DNA of 64,000 nt from the human T2T-CHM13v2.0 reference genome, Homo sapiens: assembly GCF_009914755.1 (NCBI RefSeq), contig NC_060929.1, one strand, 5' to 3'. Of the stretch, positions 10,401 to 23,762 are shown one piece after another. Below the pieces are notes generated by a model. The model was given only the letters and a program-made list of their open reading frames with translations, searched no databases and was not told where the DNA came from. A program made the translations under genes and the position numbers. Within the stretch, counting starts at the first letter, position 1; every line of letters begins with the position of its first letter.

Positions 10401-13400
10401 CTTCATATTCTGCTAGACGGAAGAATTCTCAGAATCTTCCTTGTGTTGTGTGTATTCAACTCACACAGTTGAACGATGGTTTACACAGAGCAGATTTGAA
10501 ACACTCTTTTTGTGGAATTTGCAAGTGGAGATTTCAGCCGCTTTGAGGTCAATGGTAGAAAAGGAAATATCTTCGTATAAAAACTAGACAGAATGATTCT
10601 CAGAAACTTCTTTGTGATGTGTGCGTTCAACTCACAGAGTTTAACCTTTCTTTTCATAGAGCAGTTAGGAAACACTCTGTTTGTAAACTCTGCAAGTGGA
10701 TATTCAGACCTCTTTGAGGCCTTCGTTGGAAACGGGATTTCTTCATACTGTGCTAGACAGAAGAATTCTCAGTAACTTCCTTGTGTTGTGTGTATTCAAC
10801 TCACAGAGTTGAACGATCCTTTACACAGAGCAGACTTGTAACACTCTTTTTGTGGAATTTGCAAGTGGAGATTTCAGCCGCTTTGAAGTCAAATGTAGAA
10901 AAGGAAATATCTTCCTATAAAAACTAGACAGAATGATTCTCAGAAACTCCTTTGTGATGTGTGCGTTCAACTCACAGAGTTTAACCTTTCTTTTCATAGA
11001 GCAGTTAGGAAACACTCTGTTTGTAAAGTCTGCAAGTGGATATTCAGACCTCTTTGAGGCCTTCGTTGGAAACGGGTTTTTTTCATATAAGGCTAGACAG
11101 AAGAATTCCCAGTAACTTCCTTGTGTTGTGTGTGTTCAACTCACAGAGTTGAACTTTCATTTACACAGAGCAGATTTGAAACACTCTTTTTGTGGAATTT
11201 GCAAGTGGAGATTTCAAGCGCTTTGAGGCCAAAGGCAGAAAAGGAAATATCTTCGTATAAAAACTAGACAGAATCATTCTCAGAAACTGCTCTGTGATGT
11301 GTGCGTTCAACTCTCAGAGTTTACCTTTTCTTTTCATTCAGCAGTTTGGAAACACTCTGTTTGTAAAGTCTGCACGTGGATAATTTGACCACTTAGAGGC
11401 CTTCGTTGGAAACGGGTTTTTTTCATGTAAGGCTAGACAGAAGAGTTCTCAGTAACTTCCTTGTGTTGTGTGTATTCAACTCACACAGTTGAACGATCCT
11501 TTACACAGAGCAGACTTGTAACACTCTTTTTGTGGAATTTGCAAGTGGAGATTTCAGCCGCTTTGAAGTCAAAGTAGAAAAGGAAATATCTTCCTATAAA
11601 AACTAGACAGAATGATTCTCAGAAACTCCTTTGTGATGTGTGCGTTCAACTCACAGAGTTTAACCTTTCTTTTCATAGAGCAGTTAGGAAACACTCTGTT
11701 TGTAAAGTCTGCAAGTGGATATTCAGACCTCTTTGAGGCCTTCGTTGGAAACGGGTTTTTTTCATATAAGGCTAGACAGAAGAATTCCCAGTAACTTCCT
11801 TGTGTTGTGTGTGTTCAACTCACAGAGTTGAACTTTCATTTACACAGAGCAGATTTGAAACACTCTTTTTGTGGAATTTGCAGGTGGAGATTTCAAGCGC
11901 TTTGAGGCCAAAGGCAGAAAAGGAAATATCTTCGTATAAAAACTAGACAGAATCATTCTCAGAAACTGCTCTGCGATGTGTGCGTTCAACTCTCAGAGTT
12001 TAACTTTTCTTTTCATTCAGCAGTTTGGAAACACTCTGTTTGTAAAGTCTGCACGTGGATAATTTGACCACTTAGAGGCCTTCGTTGGAAACGGGTTTTT
12101 TTCATGTAAGGCTAGACAGAAGAATTCTCAGTAACTTCCTTGTGTTGTGTGTATTCAACTCACAGAGTTGAACGATCCTTTACACAGAGCAGACTTGTAA
12201 CACTCTTTTTGTGGAATTTGCAAGTGGAGATTTCAGCCGCTTTGAAGTCAAAGGTAGAAAAGGAAATATCTTCCTATAAAAACTAGACAGAATGATTCTC
12301 AGAAACTCCTTTGTGATGTGTGCGTTCAACTCACAGAGTTTAACCTTTCTTTTCATAGAGCAGTTAGGAAACACTCTGCTTGTAAAGTCTGCAAGTGGAT
12401 ATTCAGCCCTCTTTGAGGCCTTCGTTGGAAACGGGTTTTTTTCATATAAGGCTAGACAGAAGAATTCCCAGTAACTTCCTTGTGTTGTGTGTGTTCAACT
12501 CACAGAGTTGAACTTTGATTTACACAGAGCAGATTTGAAACACTCTTTTTGTGGAATTTGCAAGTGGAGATTTCAAGCGCTTTGAGGCCAAAGGCAGAAA
12601 AGGAAATATCTTCGTATAAAAACTAGACAGAATCATTCTCAGAAACTGCTCTGCGATGTGTGCGTTCAACTCTCAGAGTTTAACTTTTCTTTTCATTCAG
12701 CAGTTTGGAAACACTCTGTTTGTAAAGTCTGCACGTGGATATTTTGACCACTTAGAGGCCTTCGTTGGAAACGGGTTTTTTTCCTGTAAGGCTAGACAGA
12801 AGAATTCCCAGTAACTTCCTTGTGTTGTGTACATTCAACTCACAGAGTTGAACGTTCCCTTAGACAGAGCAGATTTGAAACACTCTTTTTGTGCAATTGG
12901 CAAGTGGAGATTTCAAGCGCTTTAAGGTCAATGGCAGAAAAGGAAATATCTTCGTTTCAAAACTAGACAGAATCATTCCCACAAACTGCGTTGTGATGTG
13001 TTCGTTCATCTCACAGAGTTTAACCTTTCTTTTCATAGAGCAGTTAGGAAACACTCTGTTTGTAAATTCTGTAAGTGGATATTCTGACATCTTGTGGCCT
13101 TCGTTGGAAACGGGATTTCTTCATATTCTGCTAGACAGAAGAATTCTCAGAATCTTCCTTGTGTTGTGTGTATTCAACTCACACAGTTGAACGATGGTTT
13201 ACACAGAGCAGATTTGAAACACTCTTTTTGTGGAATTTGCAAGTGGAGATTTCAGCCGCTTTGAGGTCAATGGTAGAAAAGGAAATATTTTCGTATAAAA
13301 ACTAGACAGAATGATTCTCAGAAACTTCTTTGTGATGTGTGCGTTCAACTCACACAGTTTAACCTTTCTTTTCATAGAGCAGTTAGGAAACACTCTGTTT

Positions 13401-16400
13401 GTAAACTCTGCAAGTGGATATTCAGACCTCTTTGAGGCCTTCGTTGGAAACGGGATTTCTTCATACTGTGCTAGACAGAAGAATTCTCAGTAACTTCCTT
13501 GTGTTGTGTGTATTCAACTCACAGAGTTGAACGATCCTTTACACAGAGCAGACTTGAAACACTCTTTTTGTGGAATTTGCAAGTGGAGATTTCAGCCGCG
13601 TTGAGGTCAATGGTAGAAAAGGAAATATCTTCGTATAAAAACTAGACAGAATGATTCTCAGAAACTCCTTTGAGATGTGTGTGTTCAACTCACAGAGTTT
13701 AACCTTTCTTTTCATAGAGCAGTTAGGAAACACTCTGTTTGTAAAGTCTGCAGGTGGATATTCAGACCTCTTTGAGGCCTTCGTTGGAAACGGGTTTTTT
13801 TCATATAAGGCTAGACAGAAGAATTCCCAGTAACTTCCTTGTGTTGTGTGTGTTCAACTCACAGAGTTGAACTTTCATTTAGACAGAGCAGATTTGAAAC
13901 ACTCTTTTTGTGGAATTTGCAAATGGAGATTTCAAGCGCTTTGAGGCCAAAGGCAGAAAAGGAAATATCTTCGTATAAAAACTAGACAGAATCATTCTCA
14001 GAAACTGCTCTGCGATGTGTGCGTTCAACTCTCAGAGTTTAACTTTGCTTTTCATTCAGCAGTTTGGAAACACTCTGTTTGTAAAGTCTGCACGTGGATA
14101 ATTTGACCACTTAGAGGCCTTCGTTGGAAACGGGTTTTTTTCATGTAAGGCTAGACAGAAGAGTTCTCAGTAACTTCCTTGTGTTGTGTGTATTCAACTC
14201 ACACAGTTGAACGATCCTTTACACAGAGCAGACTTGTAACACTCTTTTTGTGGAATTTGCAAATGGAGATTTCAGCCGCTTTGAAGTCAAAGTAGAAAAG
14301 GAAATATCTTCCTATAAAAACTAGACAGAATGATTCTCAGAAACTCCTTTGTGATGTGTGCGTTCAACTCACAGAGTTTAACCTTTCTTTTCATAGAGCA
14401 GTTAGGAAACACTCTGTTTGTAAAGTCTGCAAGTGGATATTCAGACCTCTTTGAGGCCTTCGTTGGAAACGGGTTTTTTTCATATAAGGCTAGACAGAAG
14501 AATTCCCAGTAACTTCCTTGTGTTGTGTGTGTTCAACTCACAGAGTTGAACTTTCATTTACACAGAGCAGATTTGAAACACTCTTTTTGTGGAATTTGCA
14601 GGTGGAGATTTCAAGCGCTTTGAGGCCAAAGGCAGAAAAGGAAATATCTTCGTATAAAAACTAGACAGAATCATTCTCAGAAACTGCTCTGCGATGTGTG
14701 CGTTCAACTCTCAGAGTTTAACTTTTCTTTTCATTCAGCAGTTTGGAAACACTCTGTTTGTAAAGTCTGCACGTGGATAATTTGACCACTTAGAGGCCTT
14801 CGTTGGAAACGGGTTTTTTTCATGTAAGGCTAGACAGAAGAATTCTCAGTAACTTCCTTGTGTTGTGTGTATTCAACTCACAGAGTTGAACGATCCTTTA
14901 CACAGAGCAGACTTGTAACACTCTTTTTGTGGAATTTGCAAGTGGAGATTTCAGCCGCTTTGAAGTCAAAGGTAGAAAAGGAAATATCTTCCTATAAAAA
15001 CTAGACAGAATGATTCTCAGAAACTCCTTTGTGATGTGTGCGTTCAACTCACAGAGTTTAACCTTTCTTTTCATAGAGCAGTTAGGAAACACTCTGCTTG
15101 TAAAGTCTGCAAGTGGATATTCAGCCCTCTTTGAGGCCTTCGTTGGAAACGGGTTTTTTTCATATAAGGCTAGACAGAAGAATTCCCAGTAACTTCCTTG
15201 TGTTGTGTGTGTTCAACTCACAGAGTTGAACTTTGATTTACACAGAGCAGATTTGAAACACTCTTTTTGTGGAATTTGCAAGTGGAGATTTCAAGCGCTT
15301 TGAGGCCAAAGGCAGAAAAGGAAATATCTTCGTATAAAAACTAGACAGAATCATTCTCAGAAACTGCTCTGCGATGTGTGCGTTCAACTCTCAGAGTTTA
15401 ACTTTGCTTTTCATTCAGCAGTTTGGAAACACTCTGTTTGTAAAGTCTGCACGTGGATATTTTGACCACTTAGAGGCCTTCGTTGGAAACGGGTTTTTTT
15501 CCTGTAAGGCTAGACAGAAGAATTCCCAGTAACTTCCTTGTGTTGTGTACATTCAACTCACAGAGTTGAACGTTCCCTTAGACAGAGCAGATTTGAAACA
15601 CTCTTTTTGTGCAATTGGCAAGTGGAGATTTCAAGCGCTTTAAGGTCAATGGCAGAAAAGGAAATATCTTCGTTTCAAAACTAGACAGAATCATTCCCAC
15701 AAACTGCGTTGTGATGTGTTCGTTCATCTCACAGAGTTTAACCTTTCTTTTCATAGAGCAGTTAGGAAACACTCTGTTTGTAAATTCTGTAAGTGGATAT
15801 TCTGACATCTTGTGGCCTTCGTTGGAAACGGGATTTCTTCATATTCTGCTAGACAGAAGAATTCTCAGAATCTTCCTTGTGTTGTGTGTATTCAACTCAC
15901 ACAGTTGAACGATGGTTTACACAGAGCAGATTTGAAACACTCTTTTTGTGGAATTTGCAAGTGGAGATTTCAGCCGCTTTGAGGTCAATGGTAGAAAAGG
16001 AAATATTTTCGTATAAAAACTAGACAGAATGATTCTCAGAAACTTCTTTGTGATGTGTGCGTTCAACTCACAGAGTTTAACCTTTCTTTTCATAGAGCAG
16101 TTAGGAAACACTCTGTTTGTAAACTCTGCAAGTGGATATTCAGACCTCTTTGAGGCCTTCGTTGGAAACGGGATTTCTTCATACTGTGCTAGACAGAAGA
16201 ATTCTCAGTAACTTCCTTGTGTTGTGTGTATTCAACTCACAGAGTTGAACGATCCTTTACACAGAGCAGACTTGAAACACTCTTTTTGTGGAATTTGCAA
16301 GTGGAGATTTCAGCCGCGTTGAGGTCAATGGTAGAAAAGGAAATATCTTCGTATAAAAACTAGACAGAATGATTCTCAGAAACTCCTTTGAGATGTGTGT

Positions 16401-19400
16401 GTTCAACTCACAGAGTTTAACCTTTCTTTTCATAGAGCAGTTAGGAAACACTCTGTTTGTAAAGTCTGCAGGTGGATATTCAGACCTCTTTGAGGCCTTC
16501 GTTGGAAACGGGTTTTTTTCATATAAGGCTAGACAGAAGAATTCCCAGTAACTTCCTTGTGTTGTGTGTGTTCAACTCACAGAGTTGAACTTTCATTTAG
16601 TCAGAGCAGATTTGAAACACTCTTTTTGTGGAATTTGCAAATGGAGATTTCAAGCGCTTTGAGGCCAAAGGCAGAAAAGGAAATATCTTCGTATAAAAAC
16701 TAGACAGAATCATTCTCAGAAACTGCTCTGTGATGTGTGCGTTCAACTCTCAGAGTTTACCTTTTCTTTTCATTCAGCAGTTTGGAAACACTCTGTTTGT
16801 AAAGTCTGCACGTGGATAATTTGACCACTTAGAGGCCTTCGTTGGAAACGGGTTTTTTTCATGTAAGGCTAGACAGAAGAGTTCTCAGTAACTTCCTTGT
16901 GTTGTGTGTATTCAACTCACACAGTTGAACGATCCTTTACACAGAGCAGACTTGTAACACTCTTTTTGTGGAATTTGCAAGTGGAGATTTCAGCCGCTTT
17001 GAAGTCAAAGTAGAAAAGGAAATATCTTCCTATAAAAACTAGACAGAATGATTCTCAGAAACTCCTTTGTGATGTGTGCGTTCAACTCACAGAGTTTAAC
17101 CTTTCTTTTCATAGAGCAGTTAGGAAACACTCTGTTTGTAAAGTCTGCAAGTGGATATTCAGACCTCTTTGAGGCCTTCGTTGGAAACGGGTTTTTTTCA
17201 TATAAGGCTAGACAGAAGAATTCCCAGTAACTTCCTTGTGTTGTGTGTGTTCAACTCACAGAGTTGAACTTTCATTTACACAGAGCAGATTTGAAACACT
17301 CTTTTTGTGGAATTTGCAGGTGGAGATTTCAAGCGCTTTGAGGCCAAAGGCAGAAAAGGAAATATCTTCGTATAAAAACTAGACAGAATCATTCTCAGAA
17401 ACTGCTCTGCGATGTGTGCGTTCAACTCTCAGAGTTTAACTTTTCTTTTCATTCAGCAGTTTGGAAACACTCTGTTTGTAAAGTCTGCACGTGGATAATT
17501 TGACCACTTAGAGGCCTTCGTTGGAAACGGGTTTTTTTCATGTAAGGCTAGACAGAAGAATTCTCAGTAACTTCCTTGTGTTGTGTGTATTCAACTCACA
17601 GAGTTGAACGATCCTTTACACAGAGCAGACTTGTAACACTCTTTTTGTGGAATTTGCAAGTGGAGATTTCAGCCGCTTTGAAGTCAAAGGTAGAAAAGGA
17701 AATATCTTCCTATAAAAACTAGACAGAATGATTCTCAGAAACTCCTTTGTGATGTGTGCGTTCAACTCACAGAGTTTAACCTTTCTTTTCATAGAGCAGT
17801 TAGGAAACACTCTGCTTGTAAAGTCTGCAAGTGGATATTCAGCCCTCTTTGAGGCCTTCGTTGGAAACGGGTTTTTTTCATATAAGGCTAGACAGAAGAA
17901 TTCCCAGTAACTTCCTTGTGTTGTGTGTGTTCAACTCACAGAGTTGAACTTTGATTTACACAGAGCAGATTTGAAACACTCTTTTTGTGGAATTTGCAAG
18001 TGGAGATTTCAAGCGCTTTGAGGCCAAAGGCAGAAAAGGAAATATCTTCGTATAAAAACTAGACAGAATCATTCTCAGAAACTGCTCTGCGATGTGTGCG
18101 TTCAACTCTCAGAGTTTAACTTTTCTTTTCATTCAGCAGTTTGGAAACACTCTGTTTGTAAAGTCTGCACGTGGATATTTTGACCACTTAGAGGCCTTCG
18201 TTGGAAACGGGTTTTTTTCCTGTAAGGCTAGACAGAAGAATTCCCAGTAACTTCCTTGTGTTGTGTACATTCAACTCACAGAGTTGAACGTTCCCTTAGA
18301 CAGAGCAGATTTGAAACACTCTTTTTGTGCAATTGGCAAGTGGAGATTTCAAGCGCTTTAAGGTCAATGGCAGAAAAGGAAATATCTTCGTTTCAAAACT
18401 AGACAGAATCATTCCCACAAACTGCGTTGTGATGTGTTCGTTCATCTCACAGAGTTTAACCTTTCTTTTCATAGAGCAGTTAGGAAACACTCTGTTTGTA
18501 AATTCTGTAAGTGGATATTCTGACATCTTGTGGCCTTCGTTGGAAACGGGATTTCTTCATATTCTGCTAGACAGAAGAATTCTCAGAATCTTCCTTGTGT
18601 TGTGTGTATTCAACTCACACAGTTGAACGATGGTTTACACAGAGCAGATTTGAAACACTCTTTTTGTGGAATTTGCAAGTGGAGATTTCAGCCGCTTTGA
18701 GGTCAATGGTAGAAAAGGAAATATTTTCGTATAAAAACTAGACAGAATGATTCTCAGAAACTTCTTTGTGATGTGTGCGTTCAACTCACACAGTTTAACC
18801 TTTCTTTTCATAGAGCAGTTAGGAAACACTCTGTTTGTAAACTCTGCAAGTGGATATTCAGACCTCTTTGAGGCCTTCGTTGGAAACGGGATTTCTTCAT
18901 ACTGTGCTAGACAGAAGAATTCTCAGTAACTTCCTTGTGTTGTGTGTATTCAACTCACAGAGTTGAACGATCCTTTACACAGAGCAGACTTGAAACACTC
19001 TTTTTGTGGAATTTGCAAGTGGAGATTTCAGCCGCGTTGAGGTCAATGGTAGAAAAGGAAATATCTTCGTATAAAAACTAGACAGAATGATTCTCAGAAA
19101 CTCCTTTGAGATGTGTGTGTTCAACTCACAGAGTTTAACCTTTCTTTTCATAGAGCAGTTAGGAAACACTCTGTTTGTAAAGTCTGCAGGTGGATATTCA
19201 GACCTCTTTGAGGCCTTCGTTGGAAACGGGTTTTTTTCATATAAGGCTAGACAGAAGAATTCCCAGTAACTTCCTTGTGTTGTGTGTGTTCAACTCACAG
19301 AGTTGAACTTTCATTTAGACAGAGCAGATTTGAAACACTCTTTTTGTGGAATTTGCAAATGGAGATTTCAAGCGCTTTGAGGCCAAAGGCAGAAAAGGAA

Positions 19401-22400
19401 ATATCTTCGTATAAAAACTAGACAGAATCATTCTCAGAAACTGCTCTGCGATGTGTGCGTTCAACTCTCAGAGTTTAACTTTGCTTTTCATTCAGCAGTT
19501 TGGAAACACTCTGTTTGTAAAGTCTGCACGTGGATAATTTGACCACTTAGAGGCCTTCGTTGGAAACGGGTTTTTTTCATGTAAGGCTAGACAGAAGAGT
19601 TCTCAGTAACTTCCTTGTGTTGTGTGTATTCAACTCACACAGTTGAACGATCCTTTACACAGAGCAGACTTGTAACACTCTTTTTGTGGAATTTGCAAAT
19701 GGAGATTTCAGCCGCTTTGAAGTCAAAGTAGAAAAGGAAATATCTTCCTATAAAAACTAGACAGAATGATTCTCAGAAACTCCTTTGTGATGTGTGCGTT
19801 CAACTCACAGAGTTTAACCTTTCTTTTCATAGAGCAGTTAGGAAACACTCTGTTTGTAAAGTCTGCAAGTGGATATTCAGACCTCTTTGAGGCCTTCGTT
19901 GGAAACGGGTTTTTTTCATATAAGGCTAGACAGAAGAATTCCCAGTAACTTCCTTGTGTTGTGTGTGTTCAACTCACAGAGTTGAACTTTCATTTACACA
20001 GAGCAGATTTGAAACACTCTTTTTGTGGAATTTGCAGGTGGAGATTTCAAGCGCTTTGAGGCCAAAGGCAGAAAAGGAAATATCTTCGTATAAAAACTAG
20101 ACAGAATCATTCTCAGAAACTGCTCTGCGATGTGTGCGTTCAACTCTCAGAGTTTAACTTTTCTTTTCATTCAGCAGTTTGGAAACACTCTGTTTGTAAA
20201 GTCTGCACGTGGATAATTTGACCACTTAGAGGCCTTCGTTGGAAACGGGTTTTTTTCATGTAAGGCTAGACAGAAGAATTCTCAGTAACTTCCTTGTGTT
20301 GTGTGTATTCAACTCACAGAGTTGAACGATCCTTTACACAGAGCAGACTTGTAACACTCTTTTTGTGGAATTTGCAAGTGGAGATTTCAGCCGCTTTGAA
20401 GTCAAAGGTAGAAAAGGAAATATCTTCCTATAAAAACTAGACAGAATGATTCTCAGAAACTCCTTTGTGATGTGTGCGTTCAACTCACAGAGTTTAACCT
20501 TTCTTTTCATAGAGCAGTTAGGAAACACTCTGCTTGTAAAGTCTGCAAGTGGATATTCAGCCCTCTTTGAGGCCTTCGTTGGAAACGGGTTTTTTTCATA
20601 TAAGGCTAGACAGAAGAATTCCCAGTAACTTCCTTGTGTTGTGTGTGTTCAACTCACAGAGTTGAACTTTGATTTACACAGAGCAGATTTGAAACACTCT
20701 TTTTGTGGAATTTGCAAGTGGAGATTTCAAGCGCTTTGAGGCCAAAGGCAGAAAAGGAAATATCTTCGTATAAAAACTAGACAGAATCATTCTCAGAAAC
20801 TGCTCTGCGATGTGTGCGTTCAACTCTCAGAGTTTAACTTTGCTTTTCATTCAGCAGTTTGGAAACACTCTGTTTGTAAAGTCTGCACGTGGATATTTTG
20901 ACCACTTAGAGGCCTTCGTTGGAAACGGGTTTTTTTCCTGTAAGGCTAGACAGAAGAATTCCCAGTAACTTCCTTGTGTTGTGTACATTCAACTCACAGA
21001 GTTGAACGTTCCCTTAGACAGAGCAGATTTGAAACACTCTTTTTGTGCAATTGGCAAGTGGAGATTTCAAGCGCTTTAAGGTCAATGGCAGAAAAGGAAA
21101 TATCTTCGTTTCAAAACTAGACAGAATCATTCCCACAAACTGCGTTGTGATGTGTTCGTTCATCTCACAGAGTTTAACCTTTCTTTTCATAGAGCAGTTA
21201 GGAAACACTCTGTTTGTAAATTCTGTAAGTGGATATTCTGACATCTTGTGGCCTTCGTTGGAAACGGGATTTCTTCATATTCTGCTAGACAGAAGAATTC
21301 TCAGAATCTTCCTTGTGTTGTGTGTATTCAACTCACACAGTTGAACGATGGTTTACACAGAGCAGATTTGAAACACTCTTTTTGTGGAATTTGCAAGTGG
21401 AGATTTCAGCCGCTTTGAGGTCAATGGTAGAAAAGGAAATATTTTCGTATAAAAACTAGACAGAATGATTCTCAGAAACTTCTTTGTGATGTGTGCGTTC
21501 AACTCACAGAGTTTAACCTTTCTTTTCATAGAGCAGTTAGGAAACACTCTGTTTGTAAACTCTGCAAGTGGATATTCAGACCTCTTTGAGGCCTTCGTTG
21601 GAAACGGGATTTCTTCATACTGTGCTAGACAGAAGAATTCTCAGTAACTTCCTTGTGTTGTGTGTATTCAACTCACAGAGTTGAACGATCCTTTACACAG
21701 AGCAGACTTGAAACACTCTTTTTGTGGAATTTGCAAGTGGAGATTTCAGCCGCGTTGAGGTCAATGGTAGAAAAGGAAATATCTTCGTATAAAAACTAGA
21801 CAGAATGATTCTCAGAAACTCCTTTGAGATGTGTGTGTTCAACTCACAGAGTTTAACCTTTCTTTTCATAGAGCAGTTAGGAAACACTCTGTTTGTAAAG
21901 TCTGCAGGTGGATATTCAGACCTCTTTGAGGCCTTCGTTGGAAACGGGTTTTTTTCATATAAGGCTAGACAGAAGAATTCCCAGTAACTTCCTTGTGTTG
22001 TGTGTGTTCAACTCACAGAGTTGAACTTTCATTTAGTCAGAGCAGATTTGAAACACTCTTTTTGTGGAATTTGCAAATGGAGATTTCAAGCGCTTTGAGG
22101 CCAAAGGCAGAAAAGGAAATATCTTCGTATAAAAACTAGACAGAATCATTCTCAGAAACTGCTCTGCGATGTGTGCGTTCAACTCTCAGAGTTTAACTTT
22201 GCTTTTCATTCAGCAGTTTGGAAACACTCTGTTTGTAAAGTCTGCACGTGGATAATTTGACCACTTAGAGGCCTTCATTGGAAACGGGTTTTTTTCATGT
22301 AAGGCTAGACAGAAGAGTTCTCAGTAACTTCCTTGTGTTGTGTGTATTCAACTCACACAGTTGAACGATCCTTTACACAGAGCAGACTTGTAACACTCTT

Positions 22401-23762
22401 TTTGTGGAATTTGCAAGTGGAGATTTCAGCCGCTTTGAAGTCAAAGTAGAAAAGGAAATATCTTCCTATAAAAACTAGACAGAATGATTCTCAGAAACTC
22501 CTTTGTGATGTGTGCGTTCAACTCACAGAGTTTAACCTTTCTTTTCATAGAGCAGTTAGGAAACACTCTGTTTGTAAAGTCTGCAAGTGGATATTCAGAC
22601 CTCTTTGAGGCCTTCGTTGGAAACGGGTTTTTTTCATATAAGGCTAGACAGAAGAATTCCCAGTAACTTCCTTGTGTTGTGTGTGTTCAACTCACAGAGT
22701 TGAACTTTCATTTACACAGAGCAGATTTGAAACACTCTTTTTGTGGAATTTGCAGGTGGAGATTTCAAGCGCTTTGAGGCCAAAGGCAGAAAAGGAAATA
22801 TCTTCGTATAAAAACTAGACAGAATCATTCTCAGAAACTGCTCTGCGATGTGTGCGTTCAACTCTCAGAGTTTAACTTTGCTTTTCATTCAGCAGTTTGG
22901 AAACACTCTGTTTGTAAAGTCTGCACGTGGATAATTTGACCACTTAGAGGCCTTCGTTGGAAACGGGTTTTTTTCATGTAAGGCTAGACAGAAGAATTCT
23001 CAGTAACTTCCTTGTGTTGTGTGTATTCAACTCACAGAGTTGAACGATCCTTTACACAGAGCAGACTTGTAACACTCTTTTTGTGGAATTTGCAAGTGGA
23101 GATTTCAGCCGCTTTGAAGTCAAAGGTAGAAAAGGAAATATCTTCCTATAAAAACTAGACAGAATGATTCTCAGAAACTCCTTTGTGATGTGTGCGTTCA
23201 ACTCACAGAGTTTAACCTTTCTTTTCATAGAGCAGTTAGGAAACACTCTGCTTGTAAAGTCTGCAAGTGGATATTCAGCCCTCTTTGAGGCCTTCGTTGG
23301 AAACGGGTTTTTTTCATATAAGGCTAGACAGAAGAATTCCCAGTAACTTCCTTGTGTTGTGTGTGTTCAACTCACAGAGTTGAACTTTGATTTACACAGA
23401 GCAGATTTGAAACACTCTTTTTGTGGAATTTGCAAGTGGAGATTTCAAGCGCTTTGAGGCCAAAGGCAGAAAAGGAAATATCTTCGTATAAAAACTAGAC
23501 AGAATCATTCTCAGAAACTGCTCTGCGATGTGTGCGTTCAACTCTCAGAGTTTAACTTTTCTTTTCATTCAGCAGTTTGGAAACACTCTGTTTGTAAAGT
23601 CTGCACGTGGATATTTTGACCACTTAGAGGCCTTCGTTGGAAACGGGTTTTTTTCCTGTAAGGCTAGACAGAAGAATTCCCAGTAACTTCCTTGTGTTGT
23701 GTACATTCAACTCACAGAGTTGAACGTTCCCTTAGACAGAGCAGATTTGAAACACTCTTTTT
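7454..23762 (+). repeat. Six consecutive 16-mer HORs (2719 bp, then 5 x 2718 bp)
   Basis: Landmarks at 7454, 10173, 12891, 15609, 18327, 21045 and 23763. Confidence 0.9.
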
